From positions 3,895,902 to 3,959,901 of the forward strand of contig MU053652.1 in assembly GCA_013239625.1 (NCBI GenBank): a stretch of 64,000 nt of DNA. The letters are read 5' to 3'. Origin of the DNA: Lama guanicoe. Taxonomy: Eukaryota. The notes under the pieces are model-generated. The model had not been told where the DNA came from. It made no database searches and saw only the letters and a program-made list of their open reading frames with translations. Of this stretch, positions 62,193-64,000 are shown in pieces (the first letter of the stretch is position 1; the number at the start of each line of letters is the position of its first letter). The translations under genes were made by a program, and so were the position numbers.

Positions 62193-63129
62193 TGTGTTAG
62201 TCTGCTTGGGTGGCCATAACAAAACAGATAGCTTAAACAACAAAAGTTTATTTCTCCCAGTTTTGGAAGCTGAAAGGTCCAAGACGTAGGTGCCAGCAAG
62301 GTACGTTTCATTCTGACCTCTTCTTTGTTAGTATGCAGAGAGTGAGTACTATGATGTCTCTTCATTAATTTTTTTTATTGAGGTAACATTGATTTGTAAT
62401 ATATGTTTCATGTGTACAACATTATATTTCTAATTCTATATACACTATAGCTTGCTCACCACCAAAAATTTAGTTTCCATCCATCACTGTACAGTTGATC
62501 CCCTTCCCCACTGGTAACCACGACTCTGTTCTCTGTGTCTATGTGTTTGGTTTGGTTTGTTCATTTATTTTATTTGTTTTGTATATTCCACATAAGAGTG
62601 AAATCATCTGGCATTTGTCTTTCTTGGTCTGACATTTCACTAAGCACAAAACCCTCAAAGCCCATTCATGTTATTGCAAATGGTTAGCTTTCCTATTTTT
62701 AATGGCTGAGTAGTATTCCATTGTGTATGTGTGTGTATGTGTGTGTGTGTGTGTGTATACACAGCATCTTCTTATCCATTCATCTGTTGATGAGCACTAA
62801 GGTTGTAACTTTCATATCTTTGCTATTGTAAATAATGCTGCAGTGAATACAAGGGTGCATATATCTTTTCAAATTAGTTTATTTTTATTCTTTGGATAAA
62901 TACTTAGAAGTAGGATTGCTGGATTCATATGGTAGTTCTATTCTTAATTTTTTGAGGAATCTCCATACTGTTTTCTGATGTCTCTTATATGACACCAATC
63001 TTATTGGACCAGAACCTCACCTTCAGGACCTCACTTAATCCTAACTATTTCATCTCCAAATACCATCACATTGAGAGTTAGGGCTTCAACATATGAACTG
63101 GGGGGAACACAAACATCTAGTCCAGAACA
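62193..63129 (-). mobile_element. MaLR solo LTR (MLT1A-like) split by an L1
   Basis: TGTGTTAGTCTGCTTGGGTGGCCATAACAAAA ... CCAAATACCATCACATTGAGAGTTAGGGCTTCAACATATGAA...CACAAACATCTAGTCCAGAACA. Confidence 0.88.
62363..62975 (-). mobile_element. L1 3' end (L1MA-age) nested in MLT1; contains (TG)n at ~62722-62757
   Basis: TTTTATTGAGGTAACATTG...CTCACCACCAAAAATTTAGTTTCCATCC...GAGGAATCTCCATACTGTTTTC; TSD TGATGTCTCTT (62352-62362 / 62976-62986). Confidence 0.9.
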
Positions 63130-63692
63130 GCCAGTTCTTGCCCCCAAAAGCCTTCTGTATCTGATAGCAACTGGAGACCATTCTGGGCTGGGGTGACCCC
63201 AGCAGTGATGGTGGTAAGTCCTGTGGAGGGGCTGGATAGGCATTTTGACATTCCCTGTTCATCCCTGGAGCCCACAAAGGGTTGGGGTCAACTTATGGGC
63301 TCTAGGGCGACAGTGGGAAATCCCCACAGGCCCAGTGAATGGAAGGATCTGGGTAAGAGGCATAGCCCTGGGCAGTGGGAGGAATAGACAGACTTCTACC
63401 CCACCCAGTGGCTCTGACTGGGCACCGTGGTAAGCCAAAACAGGCATCTAAGGAAGGACTAGTCAATAAGCCACTTCATTTTGACCAGGGGCTGAAACCA
63501 GAAGGGGAACTTAAGCTGAGCCATTAAACAAAGTGAAGCTGGGCAAAGAGATTCTTCACCCCACTGCTGCTCCCATAGCAACTCCTTCCCCTCCTTTCAT
63601 TGTCTCTCAAGGTCAACAAATAGCCACACCTTCTAACTCCATGTCTGTCCTGATTGGACAGTGGTTTCCATCTGTGCCTGTGTGGTGACGGT

Positions 63693-63694
<2 letters not shown>

Positions 63695-63727
<33 letters not shown>
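63695..63727. repeat. (AC)16 microsatellite
   Basis: Perfect AC run, read directly. Confidence 0.95.
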
Positions 63728-63728
<1 letters not shown>

Positions 63729-64000
63729 GGCCTGGCTGAACTGCAGCAAAAGGCTGCCATCATCGCCTTGGTGGGTCCTCGGAAGCTGACTTCAGCAGTG
63801 TGGGTGGAGTTCAGCAATCTTACAGAACAGAAGCCCACAGACTGCTGAAGAGGTCAAGGTGAAGGGCACTGGGAGACAGAGAAGAGGCCAAGTGGCTCTG
63901 GGCAGCTCAACTCCCACAGCCAACAGGTGGTCCCAGATGGGAGGACAGTGTCATTTACAGCTCTCCTAGTGACCTATTTGTGCAAGTATGACTATGGTCA

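Overview
Mammalian nuclear DNA, most likely camelid: ten copies of a tRNA-Ala-derived SINE resembling Vic-1 occur with young cetartiodactyl-type L1 3' ends. I find no convincing protein-coding exon; the ORF track is explained by repeat remnants, CpG-island composition and chance. The main functional element is a CpG-island promoter (~20.4-21.95 kb) with a non-coding first exon on the minus strand. The exon ends in a perfect donor (GAG|GTGAGT, 21247/21246), so bases 1-21246 are probably AT-rich intron 1 of a gene I could not name securely. The rest is repeat-rich upstream DNA (L1, L2, MIR, MaLR/ERVL LTRs, hAT-Charlie and Tigger fossils), with motif-rich unique blocks near 49.3 and 51.9 kb. I see no novel biological system. 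The best observations concern genome dynamics: repeated insertion at one ~23-bp target (29-30 kb) with a possible composite retrocopy, a 5'-inverted L1, a 21-bp micro-retroposon, a Charlie1a fossil that keeps its TSD, and a Kozak-context uORF/YY1 site. Repeat subfamily names are from recalled consensus sequences, and boundaries of old repeats are approximate.
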